Origin: Ferruginibacter sp.
Lineage (GTDB): Bacteria > Bacteroidota > Bacteroidia > Chitinophagales > Chitinophagaceae
Assembly: GCA_046596255.1 (NCBI GenBank)
Contig: JBKJMZ010000013.1
Span: 263-64,262 of the forward strand
Length of the DNA: 64,000 nt
Direction: 5' to 3'
Under the pieces are notes generated by a model. That model did no database searches. It saw nothing but the letters and a program-made list of their open reading frames with translations, and was not told the origin of the DNA. Within the stretch, counting starts at the first letter, position 1. The number at the start of each line of letters is the position of its first letter. Both the position numbers and the translations under genes were made by a program. This document shows positions 19,487 through 27,778 of this stretch, in pieces.

Positions 19487-21724
19487 CTATTTTCTTGCCT
19501 TAACCGACAACCTGATCAGGCTCCAGTTTGAAACAGATTTGCCAAATCCCCGGGTACCTTCTTCATTACCCATATTCAACAGGTTTCCCAAAGGATTATT
19601 ACTTCCCCGGGCACCCGCCCTAACACCTTCCTGGTTAAATAGCATGGCATAATTTGAGATGGGTTCATCTGATGCAAGTATATAATAGTTATCCGTGCCT
19701 ATTGGTTCCTGTACATCACCGTCGAATAAGGTAACTCTTTTCACCAAACCCCCTGCCTCATACTTTGGAAATTGGTTTGTTTGATTACCATCCTCTGCTT
19801 CAGGAAAGCCTAATACCATATTACCATCCTTATCAATTACAAAAACATAGATATAGCGCTTTACCCTTACCGGGCCGGCACCTTCCTGGGCAACCAGGTT
19901 AAAAGATATTTTATCACCAAGCCTGTATCCTTCAGCGCCGATCGGTTGTTTGGTTGCTTTATTAACGATCTCCAGGTAAAAAGGAAACTGTTCATCTCCT
20001 TCCTTGGGTCCCGCTAATTGCTGCCAGCCACGGATCTTTGAAAGCCGCATCGTTAGCTCATATAGATCGTTTGCAATTGCTGTTGCGGATTGGGCACCAT
20101 CTTCCAGTAATATATTTTTTGTTTGCACAGGCATAGATTCCAGGCTGTCACGTGAAGCTGTTTGCGCCCTTCTTAAACCAAATGCCGGTTTGTTGTTATC
20201 ATTAATGGTTCCATATAAAACATAATGGGCATCGGCAGCAGACTTTGTTAAAACAATGCTGGGATTGGTCATTATCTTTTGTTTGATAGCTGCTACCAAT
20301 TCTTTTGATGGGGGCATCTCAAAATAAAAAGTAGAATCCTTTTTGCCTAAAGGCAAAAGGGATTCGGCAGTCAGTTTACCGGGTGCAGGCGCTTCTTTGC
20401 CATCTATATTCAGCCTGTAAGTATTACCATCATAATACAGGGTTGTATAGGGGTCATATTTTTCGAGGTTATTTACCCATTTTATTTTTGAGGATTGTTT
20501 AAGATCCTTATTGACCGCGGCGAGCCGTGCAATTTCTAAATAGGAAAAATTCCCTTCAGGAATAAACAACTTGATTAATGGCGCAGCGGAAGAGACCCAG
20601 TTGGTCACTTCCAGAAAATCTCCTGCCCTAAGATCTTTTATAGAACCTTTAATAATCCTGGCCATCGACCTGTTAACACTAAACACCGTATCAATACGCA
20701 GTTTAACAAGCGTGTCCTTATCATTAAATTTTACAAGTTCATTTTCCTGGTATAAGCCCAGTGCAAATCCACCCTGAAGCATTACCCGGTCACCCTTAAT
20801 GCCGGAAACGGCGATCTGGGCTTTATCAGAAATACTTCCTTTTTCCAGTCCGAACAATGTCTGCATTTGTCTTTCTGTGCTGCCTCCCAATACAGGCTCC
20901 TGTTTTTTGCCATTACTTTTTAAAATAGCCCGAAGACCTGTGAACAAATTAAATGCAGATGCATTCACCGACTGTTGTTCCAAAGCCTGTAATAAAGCAA
21001 TGGTGAAAGCTCCATGAGGTATTTGGTTTTCATCCAGCTGTTCCTGAGCAAATTCATTGTCCTGTGCTGCAGACATGATCAGGAAATCTGCATTCTTCCT
21101 TAATTCAGGTACAGGAGGTTGTGCTGCATCTTTAGCATCAAAATTACTTTCGGGGATAAAACGGAATTTAGCAGGGGTATTTGGCCCCCTGGATAATGAC
21201 CCACTATGACAGCAATCCATGATCACCGTTAGTTTTACGCCTTTGTCAATAAATTTGTTGTAGATAGCAGCAAGCTCCTTATCCCGGATATCTTCAACGC
21301 CTTCTTTATAGGTGTCACTCGGAACCATGGATTCGTCTTTTTTATCGGCTTCAACAGTTAAGCTGTTGCGTACCTGGCTTCCATGACCTGCATAGTACAT
21401 AAATGCAATATCATTCCGCTTGCTTTTATCAAGCAGCGCATTCATCTTTTTCAGGATGGCTTCCCGGCTTGCAGCCTTGTTATATAAGGTATCAACCCAT
21501 TCATTTTTAAACCTGAATTTAGATACGATCACAGAATGCATTGACATGGCATCATTCACGCAGCCATCAAGACTGTTAAAAGAAGCACGCTTACCGCTTG
21601 GCGGAACATAGCTTGCCGGTATGCTGTAATCATCTATACCAATAAGCAATGCTCTTTTTTCCTGGGCTGAAATGCTGTAAGCTGATAAGACAGTGATACA
21701 GAGAAAGATTATACTCTTTTTCAT
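19487..21724 (-). CDS. Exported caspase-family (peptidase C14) protein with large C-terminal extension (DUF4384-like end)
   Basis: 745-aa ORF. Signal peptide (..LSAYSISA|QEK). The caspase domain begins right after the cleavage site (RALLIGIDDY ... MYYAGHGSQ ... VIMDCCHSGS). The C-terminus has a segment resembling the DUF4384 module often fused to bacterial C14 peptidases (YRLGDKISFNL...YIYVFVIDKDGNMVLGFP...YYILASDEPI). Confidence 0.82.
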   Translation of the reverse strand: MKKSIIFLCITVLSAYSISAQEKRALLIGIDDYSIPASYVPPSGKRASFNSLDGCVNDAMSMHSVIVSKFRFKNEWVDTLYNKAASREAILKKMNALLDKSKRNDIAFMYYAGHGSQVRNSLTVEADKKDESMVPSDTYKEGVEDIRDKELAAIYNKFIDKGVKLTVIMDCCHSGSLSRGPNTPAKFRFIPESNFDAKDAAQPPVPELRKNADFLIMSAAQDNEFAQEQLDENQIPHGAFTIALLQALEQQSVNASAFNLFTGLRAILKSNGKKQEPVLGGSTERQMQTLFGLEKGSISDKAQIAVSGIKGDRVMLQGGFALGLYQENELVKFNDKDTLVKLRIDTVFSVNRSMARIIKGSIKDLRAGDFLEVTNWVSSAAPLIKLFIPEGNFSYLEIARLAAVNKDLKQSSKIKWVNNLEKYDPYTTLYYDGNTYRLNIDGKEAPAPGKLTAESLLPLGKKDSTFYFEMPPSKELVAAIKQKIMTNPSIVLTKSAADAHYVLYGTINDNNKPAFGLRRAQTASRDSLESMPVQTKNILLEDGAQSATAIANDLYELTMRLSKIRGWQQLAGPKEGDEQFPFYLEIVNKATKQPIGAEGYRLGDKISFNLVAQEGAGPVRVKRYIYVFVIDKDGNMVLGFPEAEDGNQTNQFPKYEAGGLVKRVTLFDGDVQEPIGTDNYYILASDEPISNYAMLFNQEGVRAGARGSNNPLGNLLNMGNEEGTRGFGKSVSNWSLIRLSVKARK

Positions 21725-21774
21725 AAGCTGTGATTAATAGTTTGGCGGTAATATAGGGTTAATTTGAATAAGGC

Positions 21775-21839
21775 AACTCAGTGATAACACGTATTTATTT
21801 TCTGTCTAATTCAAAAGAACTCAGTGGTAACACGTATTT
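21775..21839. promoter_or_regulatory. Pair of 22-bp direct repeats in the divergent promoter region (candidate operator sites)
   Basis: AACTCAGTGATAACACGTATTT (21775-21796) and AACTCAGTGGTAACACGTATTT (21818-21839) match at 21 of 22 positions, with starts 43 bp apart. They lie between the caspase-CHAT operon (minus strand) and the small secreted protein gene (plus strand). Confidence 0.45.
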
Positions 21840-21937
21840 TTTCAGGAAGATAAAGAAAGATTTGTTTTATTCCAACAATGTTATCTATATTAGACCAAGA
21901 TATTTTTTTCATTACAAAATTTTTAAAATTAACTATT

Positions 21938-22330
21938 ATGAAGAAGTTTTTTTTCATTGCCCTATTGCTGGCATGCGTTTCATTTAGCTTCGAGTCTTAC
22001 GGACAGAAATCCCGGACAGATGTTGTTGCTACAAAAGTAGACAAGAACAGGGGTGGGTCCCAGTACACTTTACCTACTACAGATGTGGAAGCTCCAAAAC
22101 CCGACAAAACCCGTGGCCAATGCTGTCTTAATTTTGACAACTGGACTGGCTATACAGTTTACATTTGGGTAGATAATGTTTTCCAGGGAACTGTAAGTGC
22201 CTGGAAAGATGGTGGCATTTGTGTTGCTGACGGATGGACAAAATGGTATGCAAGAACTGCAGGCGGTACTTTTGAGTGGAATGGCGAAGGAAGTTGCTAT
22301 GGCAGCACTTATACCCTTAAGCTGAAGTAA
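21938..22330 (+). CDS. Small secreted Cys-containing protein, unknown function
   Basis: The ORF begins at 21878, but the ATG at 21938 gives a clean signal peptide (MKKFFFIALLLACVSFSFESYG|QKS). The mature part is ~105 aa, Trp/Gly-rich, with five Cys. A strong terminator follows. Confidence 0.6.
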   Translation: MKKFFFIALLLACVSFSFESYGQKSRTDVVATKVDKNRGGSQYTLPTTDVEAPKPDKTRGQCCLNFDNWTGYTVYIWVDNVFQGTVSAWKDGGICVADGWTKWYARTAGGTFEWNGEGSCYGSTYTLKLK

Positions 22331-22345
22331 TCTTTAATTAAATCT

Positions 22346-22384
22346 AAAAAGCGGCTGTCAAAATTTTTTGACAGCCGCTTTTTA
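22346..22384 (+). terminator. Rho-independent terminator (bidirectional-looking)
   Basis: AAAAAGCGGCTGTCAAAATTTTTTGACAGCCGCTTTTTAT has a near-perfect GC-containing stem (GCGGCTGTC / GACAGCCGC), flanked by an A-run upstream and a T-run downstream. Confidence 0.85.
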
Positions 22385-22696
22385 TTTAGTTACGGTTCCT
22401 ATATTAATGTTTCCTGGAAGTGCCATTGCCAATAATTATTGCAGCCATGGCAAGTGCTGTATCTTTTAAAAGGCTTCCGGGGTTAATGTTAAGCCATAAA
22501 TAATTTCAGCAAACCTGGTTAAGAAGGGGGATCTTTTCATATTAATTAGATTTGGCTGAAAAAATAAACAGTTGAACCGGATAATAGCCGGGAAGGCTGT
22601 AAAACGCAAAGTTTTGATTTTCAACTTACGCTTTTTTCGCCTTCCCGCCTTCCCGGCAAAATTTGACTTTTGAGACAGCCTCCAATTAAAAAAAAG

Positions 22697-24865
22697 TTAC
22701 TTCAACATCGTTTTTGGAACTTCCTTCTCCAGTAAATATTTGTAAATGAATTTCGTTTTCAGATTTTGAAAATGTAATCCTTTATTGCCGCCCCAGCCAT
22801 GTCGCCCGCCGCTGTAAGGCATGAATTCAAAATCCTTTTTCAGGTCCTGCAATTTGCTGATGAGCTGGATGCTGTTTTGCATATGTACATTATCATCAAT
22901 TACACCATGTACGATCTGCAACATGCCTTTGTATTTATCTGCATGGGTCATTACATTACTGCTTTTGTATCCCTCTGCATTATTTGCAGGCGTGCCCATA
23001 AAGCGTTCTGTATAATGTGAGTCATATAATGTCCAGTCGGTAACACTGCCACCCGCCATACCATGTGTAAACAAATCAGCTCCATAGGTTAAAGCATATG
23101 TCGCCATATAGCCGCCATAGCTAAAGCCGGTGATGCAGACCTTTGATGCATCGACATTGCCATTGGCAATAAGCCATTTTACCATGGTGGAATAATCCTT
23201 CATTTCCCAATAACCTAGGTTATGATACATATTAGCCACGCCTTCTTTACCAAAATGGCCGCTGGCCCTGTGATCCATACTCACCTGGATCAATCCTTCC
23301 TTTGCATACCACTGCTGGTTGCCGCTCAGCCCCCAGGTATCCATAACAGAACCTGCATTAGGTCCGCCATAAACAGATACCAGGACAGGATATTTTTTAT
23401 TTTTATCCATATTAAGCGGCCAGGTAACTTTCATAGGCAGGTTATACAAGCCGTCATCGCTTTTTACACGAACGATCTCTGTTTTTGCAATATTATAATT
23501 ATCAAGCTCCGGCCCTTTACTATCGCCCAGGTCTTTAATGATCTTTCTTTTTGTACTCATCAATGTCATTTTTGGAGGAGTACCGGCATTTGAATAAGTA
23601 ATGATGAAATAAGAACCCCCGGGGGAAAGGCGGATATTATTATTGTATTCTCCTATCGTAAGCCGCTCCATATTCTTGCCATTTAAATTTACCCGGTAAA
23701 GATCTGTACGGGCTGAATTTTCGAGGCTACGGGCAGTAAAGTAAACAACGTCTTTTTGCTCATCCACATAAATAATATCGGTGACTGTGAATTTGCCCGC
23801 AGTGATCGCATTGATCCGCTTACCCTTTATGTCGTGAAAGTATAAATGATTCCAGCCGCTTGCATCGCTGGTAAGTATGAAGCCGGTATTATCTTCTAAA
23901 AAATGTAAACGCCCTCCCTGATCATCCAGGTCAATCCAGCTTTTTTGTTTTTCGTTATAGAATTCTGTGCGAACGCCGGTAAAAGTATTCACTTCATAAA
24001 TAATCAGATTATTCTGCAGCCTGTTCATCCATTGAACCAGCAAGGAAGTTCCATCCGGTTTCCAGTAAGGCTGACCAAAATACTGGTCATCTTTTTCATT
24101 AAAAGCCGCCCACACAATTTTGGTACTCTCCGGTTCTGCAATACCCACTTTCACTTCCGGATTGGGATCTCCAACTTTAGGATAGCGCTGAGTTTCAACC
24201 ATGCCATGGAGTCCTGTTGCATCAGTGATCGTAAACACCGGCACTTTGGTATCGTCTGACCGGAAGAAAGCAATATGCTTGCTATCCGGGCTCCACCAGA
24301 ATGCACGGTGCCTGCCGCTGCGGCCCAATATTTCTTCCATATAAACCCAACTGGCGTAACCGTTCAAAATAGTTTCGCTACCATCATTAGTAATGCGTGT
24401 TTCTTTTTTGGTGATGAGATTTACGGTATACAGGTCATTCTTTTTGGTGTAAGCAACATAATTCCCATCAGGGCTTACTGTTGCATTTATTTCGGGAGCC
24501 TCATCATTAGTTAGTCGTGTATCTTCTACATTTTTAGAATGATACAGGTCATTGCCTTTGGTAATGATATTAGGTTTTGTTTCAACTGTACCTTTGTTGA
24601 TGTTTGGCTCTACATATTCTTTCTCGGCACCGGTCTTTGCATCTATCTCGTAATTCTTTCCATCACGCTTTAAAATAAAATGGCTGTCATCTATCCATTT
24701 TACAAGTGTTGGAAGGGGTTGGGTAATGCCTTTAAAATTATTCTTTAAATACTGCTCATCTCCAAGCTCTTTTTTTTGGGCCAGGGCGGAAGTGGTTAAA
24801 GCAAAAGCCATAACAATAACTGCGAACTGCTTTATGCACTGTGTCCTGCGGAAGAACTTTATCAT
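22697..24865 (-). CDS. Dipeptidyl-peptidase IV-type S9 family peptidase
   Basis: DPP-IV N-terminal propeller-like region plus an S9 catalytic domain with GFSYGGYM (GxSxGG). The likely start is the ATG at 24865, giving MIKFF..TSALA|QKK as a signal peptide. The ORF extends to 24892 with a TTG. Confidence 0.88.
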   Translation of the reverse strand: MIKFFRRTQCIKQFAVIVMAFALTTSALAQKKELGDEQYLKNNFKGITQPLPTLVKWIDDSHFILKRDGKNYEIDAKTGAEKEYVEPNINKGTVETKPNIITKGNDLYHSKNVEDTRLTNDEAPEINATVSPDGNYVAYTKKNDLYTVNLITKKETRITNDGSETILNGYASWVYMEEILGRSGRHRAFWWSPDSKHIAFFRSDDTKVPVFTITDATGLHGMVETQRYPKVGDPNPEVKVGIAEPESTKIVWAAFNEKDDQYFGQPYWKPDGTSLLVQWMNRLQNNLIIYEVNTFTGVRTEFYNEKQKSWIDLDDQGGRLHFLEDNTGFILTSDASGWNHLYFHDIKGKRINAITAGKFTVTDIIYVDEQKDVVYFTARSLENSARTDLYRVNLNGKNMERLTIGEYNNNIRLSPGGSYFIITYSNAGTPPKMTLMSTKRKIIKDLGDSKGPELDNYNIAKTEIVRVKSDDGLYNLPMKVTWPLNMDKNKKYPVLVSVYGGPNAGSVMDTWGLSGNQQWYAKEGLIQVSMDHRASGHFGKEGVANMYHNLGYWEMKDYSTMVKWLIANGNVDASKVCITGFSYGGYMATYALTYGADLFTHGMAGGSVTDWTLYDSHYTERFMGTPANNAEGYKSSNVMTHADKYKGMLQIVHGVIDDNVHMQNSIQLISKLQDLKKDFEFMPYSGGRHGWGGNKGLHFQNLKTKFIYKYLLEKEVPKTMLK

Positions 24866-24965
24866 ACGTATTAATTTTTTATTAACTGACAAGATAACTT
24901 TTTTAGGAAGAAGATAGACCAGTAAATGATGGGTGGGGTAGGGTTAAAAATAAAGCACAGAAAAC

Positions 24966-25580
24966 CTAGCTATTCCAGTCTGTAGGCTTATTAAGGATAA
25001 AGCCATCAGATTTTTTTTGAATACTTAAATCAAGTTGGCTCTCCACCAATTTTTTTCTACCAATAATTAATGAACCTTTTGCTACAGCTGCAACAGTGCT
25101 GTTATGTCGCTTTGGGGGGAAAGCAACAAATACTCTTTTTAAAGAAAAATTTTCGTGTACTGCTTTTATAGGTGGCACTAAATCACTGTCTCCACTAATC
25201 AACATAGCCATTTCATATTTATTCTGGTATGCATCAAGTAACATATTTGTTGCAATGTTTACATCAGTCATTTTTTCATTGGCAGCCATCCAGATATGCC
25301 CGCACCTATGACATTCCAGTTTATTATTCTGGTATTGACCATATATAATTTTAACCCCTTCATTGTACTGGGCATCTAAATAAGTACTCTGTCTTTTTTG
25401 TTTATCAGGATTATTTGTAACCCTTGCTGTAAAATATTTTACGGCTAAAAGCTGTTGATTATTTTGTAACAAATTTTGAGCTAATGCCTTTACGTTTAAC
25501 CATCTGCAATAACTAAAACCAGCTTCCATCATACCAAAATACAGATTAAAACCATCAACATAAACGATAACCCTTTCCAT
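24966..25580 (-). CDS. NYN-domain (LabA-like, PIN-fold) protein
   Basis: 204 aa. Starts MERVIVYVDGFNLYFG and has ISGDSDLVPPIKAV, both typical NYN/LabA motifs. Confidence 0.75.
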   Translation of the reverse strand: MERVIVYVDGFNLYFGMMEAGFSYCRWLNVKALAQNLLQNNQQLLAVKYFTARVTNNPDKQKRQSTYLDAQYNEGVKIIYGQYQNNKLECHRCGHIWMAANEKMTDVNIATNMLLDAYQNKYEMAMLISGDSDLVPPIKAVHENFSLKRVFVAFPPKRHNSTVAAVAKGSLIIGRKKLVESQLDLSIQKKSDGFILNKPTDWNS

Positions 25581-25728
25581 ATTAACGAGCCTTTAATTTT
25601 GTTCTTACGTAAATATTATTACTTTTGTGTGGAACAGCGTTAGAGATAGTATCTCTAATCCGACGCTCCCGCAAGGGAGCGTTTCACTTTTAAAGATAAC
25701 GCATTTGTTATTTTTAAAAGCCTGACTG

Positions 25729-25995
25729 CTATTCCCACTCAAACTTCACACAATCCTCACTCACATACGCTCCTTTATTTTTTACCCAATCGGGCAATCC
25801 CGGGGCCTGCACCTTTTTCTTTCTTGTTTTTTTATCGGCCACAGATAAATTAAGTGCCGGCGTTTGAGTTCAGACATCCTGGTTATCATCAAAACCATAT
25901 GTTTCAATTACTGCTTTATCCAATGCGGTAAGCAAATCTTTGATGGGGTTGTAGCCGGTCTGCTCTAATAAGCGATACAAATCCCGAAGGTTCAT
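25729..25995 (-). pseudogene. C-terminal remnant of a large class I SAM-dependent DNA methyltransferase (YeeA/type IIG-like tail)
   Basis: The minus-strand frame reads MNLRDLYRLLEQTGYNPIKDLLTALDKAVIETYGFDDNQDV*TQTPALNLSVADKKTRKKKVQAPGLPDWVKNKGAYVSEDCVKFEWE*. It follows the tail pattern LRDLYR.LE..G.NP.KD...LD.AV...YGF...LN..VA.KE..G..V.APGLP..V.....V..DCV, has an in-frame TGA at 25870-25872, and has no upstream methylase body. Confidence 0.5.
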
Positions 25996-26052
25996 ATTGT
26001 ATTGCTTAAGTGTTGTAATGTAGTTATACAAACAAAAGGTAGAATATAATAA

Positions 26053-27594
26053 TTAATCTAATTTCTCCGGCCGCATCATCGGAAAAAATAATACATCCTG
26101 TATCGAATGCTGGTTGGTCAATAACATGGCGATCCTGTCTATTCCAAAGCCAATACCACTTGTTGGAGGCATACCATATTCCAGTGCCCGTAAAAAATCA
26201 TGATCAATGAACATGGCTTCATCATCGCCACGCTCCATTAGTTTGGTTTGTTCCTCAAAACGCTCACGCTGTTCTATAGGATCATTTAATTCACTATACG
26301 CATTGGCAATTTCCTTACCGTTGCACATCAGTTCAAAGCGCTCAACCAAACCAGGTTTGCTTCGATGTTTTTTAGTGAGCGGACTCATCTCCACCGGGTA
26401 GTCAGTTATAAATGTAGGCTGTATATAATTGGCTTCGCATTTTTCACCAAATATCTCATCTATCAGTTTTCCCTTGCCCCATTTTTCATCTGCATGAATT
26501 TTTAATTCACGGCAAACATTGCGTATGCCGGCTTCATCCAATTCGCTGATGTCGTATCCGGTATGTTCTTTAATGGCGTCATACATGGTGATCCTTTTGT
26601 ACGGCGCTTTGAAATCGATCTCTTTATCAGCAACCATAACCTTTGTTGTTCCATTTGTTGCCATAGCAGCTTTATCCAGCATTTGCTCGGTGGTATCCAT
26701 CATCCATTCGTAATCTTTATAAGCAACGTAAAATTCCAATACAGTAAACTCGGGATTGTGTGTGCGGTCCATACCCTCGTTGCGAAAGTTGCGGCTGAAT
26801 TCATAAACCCATTCAAAACCCCCAACGATCAATCTTTTTAAATACAGCTCATTGGCAATGCGCATGTACATGGGCACATCCAACGCATTATGATGTGTAG
26901 TGAACGGTCTTGCTGCAGCGCCACCGGGTATTGATTGTAATACAGGGGTATCTACTTCCAAAGCCCCACGATCATTTAAAAACTCACGTATGGAATTCAC
27001 CATTTTCGTACGCTTGATGAATGTTTCTTTTACTGAGGGATTAACGATCAGGTCGGCATAGCGCTGCCTGTACCTGAATTCTGGATCGGTAACCTCGTCA
27101 AATGCTTCCCCATCTTTTTCCTTTACAATAGGTAGCGGGCGCAATGATTTAGTAAGGATAGAAAATTCTCTAACATGGATCGAGGTCTCACCGGTCTTTG
27201 TAGTGAACACATATCCTTTTACACCTACGATATCACCAATGTCAATTAATTTTTTCCAAACGGTTTGGTACAGGGTCTTGTCCTCGCCAGGACAAATATC
27301 ATCCTGCTTGATATAGAACTGGATCTTGCCAACGGAATCCTGCAGCACAGCAAAATTAGCCTTGCCCATATCCCTTACGCTCATGATGCGGCCGGCAATG
27401 CATACATCAGAAAAGAGCTCTTTGTCATCCTGAGTACAATCGAAGGGCTCGCCTTTATAATGTTCTTTTATATAAACTGACGTCGTATTAACCGGGTACA
27501 GAGCTGCCGGGTAAGCATCAATGCCGAGTTTAGTTAGTTCAGCCCGTTTTTCCCTGCGGATGATCTCCTGTTCCGATAAATGTTGTGTGCTCAT
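26053..27594 (-). CDS. lysS: Lysine--tRNA ligase (class II)
   Basis: 513 aa. OB-fold N-terminus and class II core motifs ([28 protein letters not shown]). Confidence 0.97.
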   Translation of the reverse strand: MSTQHLSEQEIIRREKRAELTKLGIDAYPAALYPVNTTSVYIKEHYKGEPFDCTQDDKELFSDVCIAGRIMSVRDMGKANFAVLQDSVGKIQFYIKQDDICPGEDKTLYQTVWKKLIDIGDIVGVKGYVFTTKTGETSIHVREFSILTKSLRPLPIVKEKDGEAFDEVTDPEFRYRQRYADLIVNPSVKETFIKRTKMVNSIREFLNDRGALEVDTPVLQSIPGGAAARPFTTHHNALDVPMYMRIANELYLKRLIVGGFEWVYEFSRNFRNEGMDRTHNPEFTVLEFYVAYKDYEWMMDTTEQMLDKAAMATNGTTKVMVADKEIDFKAPYKRITMYDAIKEHTGYDISELDEAGIRNVCRELKIHADEKWGKGKLIDEIFGEKCEANYIQPTFITDYPVEMSPLTKKHRSKPGLVERFELMCNGKEIANAYSELNDPIEQRERFEEQTKLMERGDDEAMFIDHDFLRALEYGMPPTSGIGFGIDRIAMLLTNQHSIQDVLFFPMMRPEKLD

Positions 27595-27778
27595 AATTGG
27601 TTATTGGTCATTGGACATTCGAAAAAGCTGTCATTCCATTAGGAACTAATGACTAATGACTTTTTTTTATTTAACTGCAAATATACCGTATAAGCCTCAT
27701 TTGTGTTATCGGGTTTTCGGCATTGAAATTGCAAGTTTAAAATATATATTTATTAAGTATCATTAAAAAAAATTGTAA

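Noticed and set aside
21781-21937. ORF 21781-21987 and the N-terminal extension (21878-21937) of the small-protein ORF.
   Set aside because: The translations are AT-rich nonsense (IYFLSNSKELSGNTYFF...). The ATG at 21938 gives a canonical signal peptide, and this stretch holds the direct-repeat promoter region.
1-22400. I searched the protease island for expected partners: a gasdermin-like ~250-aa ORF, a STAND/AAA NTPase (Walker A GxxxxGK[ST]), TIR, cas genes, a serpin-like inhibitor, or a reverse transcriptase (DGR).
   Set aside because: None was found in any frame. The intergenic gaps are 70-215 bp, and every ORF over 100 aa that is not a protease is antisense to one. The absence is informative and is reported under the main finding.
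22390-22696. An ORF-free 300-bp stretch downstream of the DPP-IV gene. It holds a split ~45-codon minus-strand reading (MKRSPFLTRFAEIIYGLTLTPEAF* / KDTALAMAAIIIGNGTSRKH*) and a CCGGGAAGGC...GCCTTCCCGCCTTCCCGG inverted repeat.
   Set aside because: The small ORF is interrupted and unrecognisable. The inverted repeat has a ~50-nt loop and no U-tract. It may be a decayed small gene plus a terminator, but I cannot support either call.
27595-27778. An imperfect hairpin (TTATTGGTCATTGG ... CTAATGACTAATGAC, 27601-27660) plus a T8 run in the lysS upstream region, considered as a T-box, riboswitch or attenuator.
   Set aside because: The T-run follows the hairpin only on the plus strand, opposite to lysS transcription. 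No T-box or lysine-riboswitch conserved cores are recognisable. It is probably another intergenic palindromic repeat.
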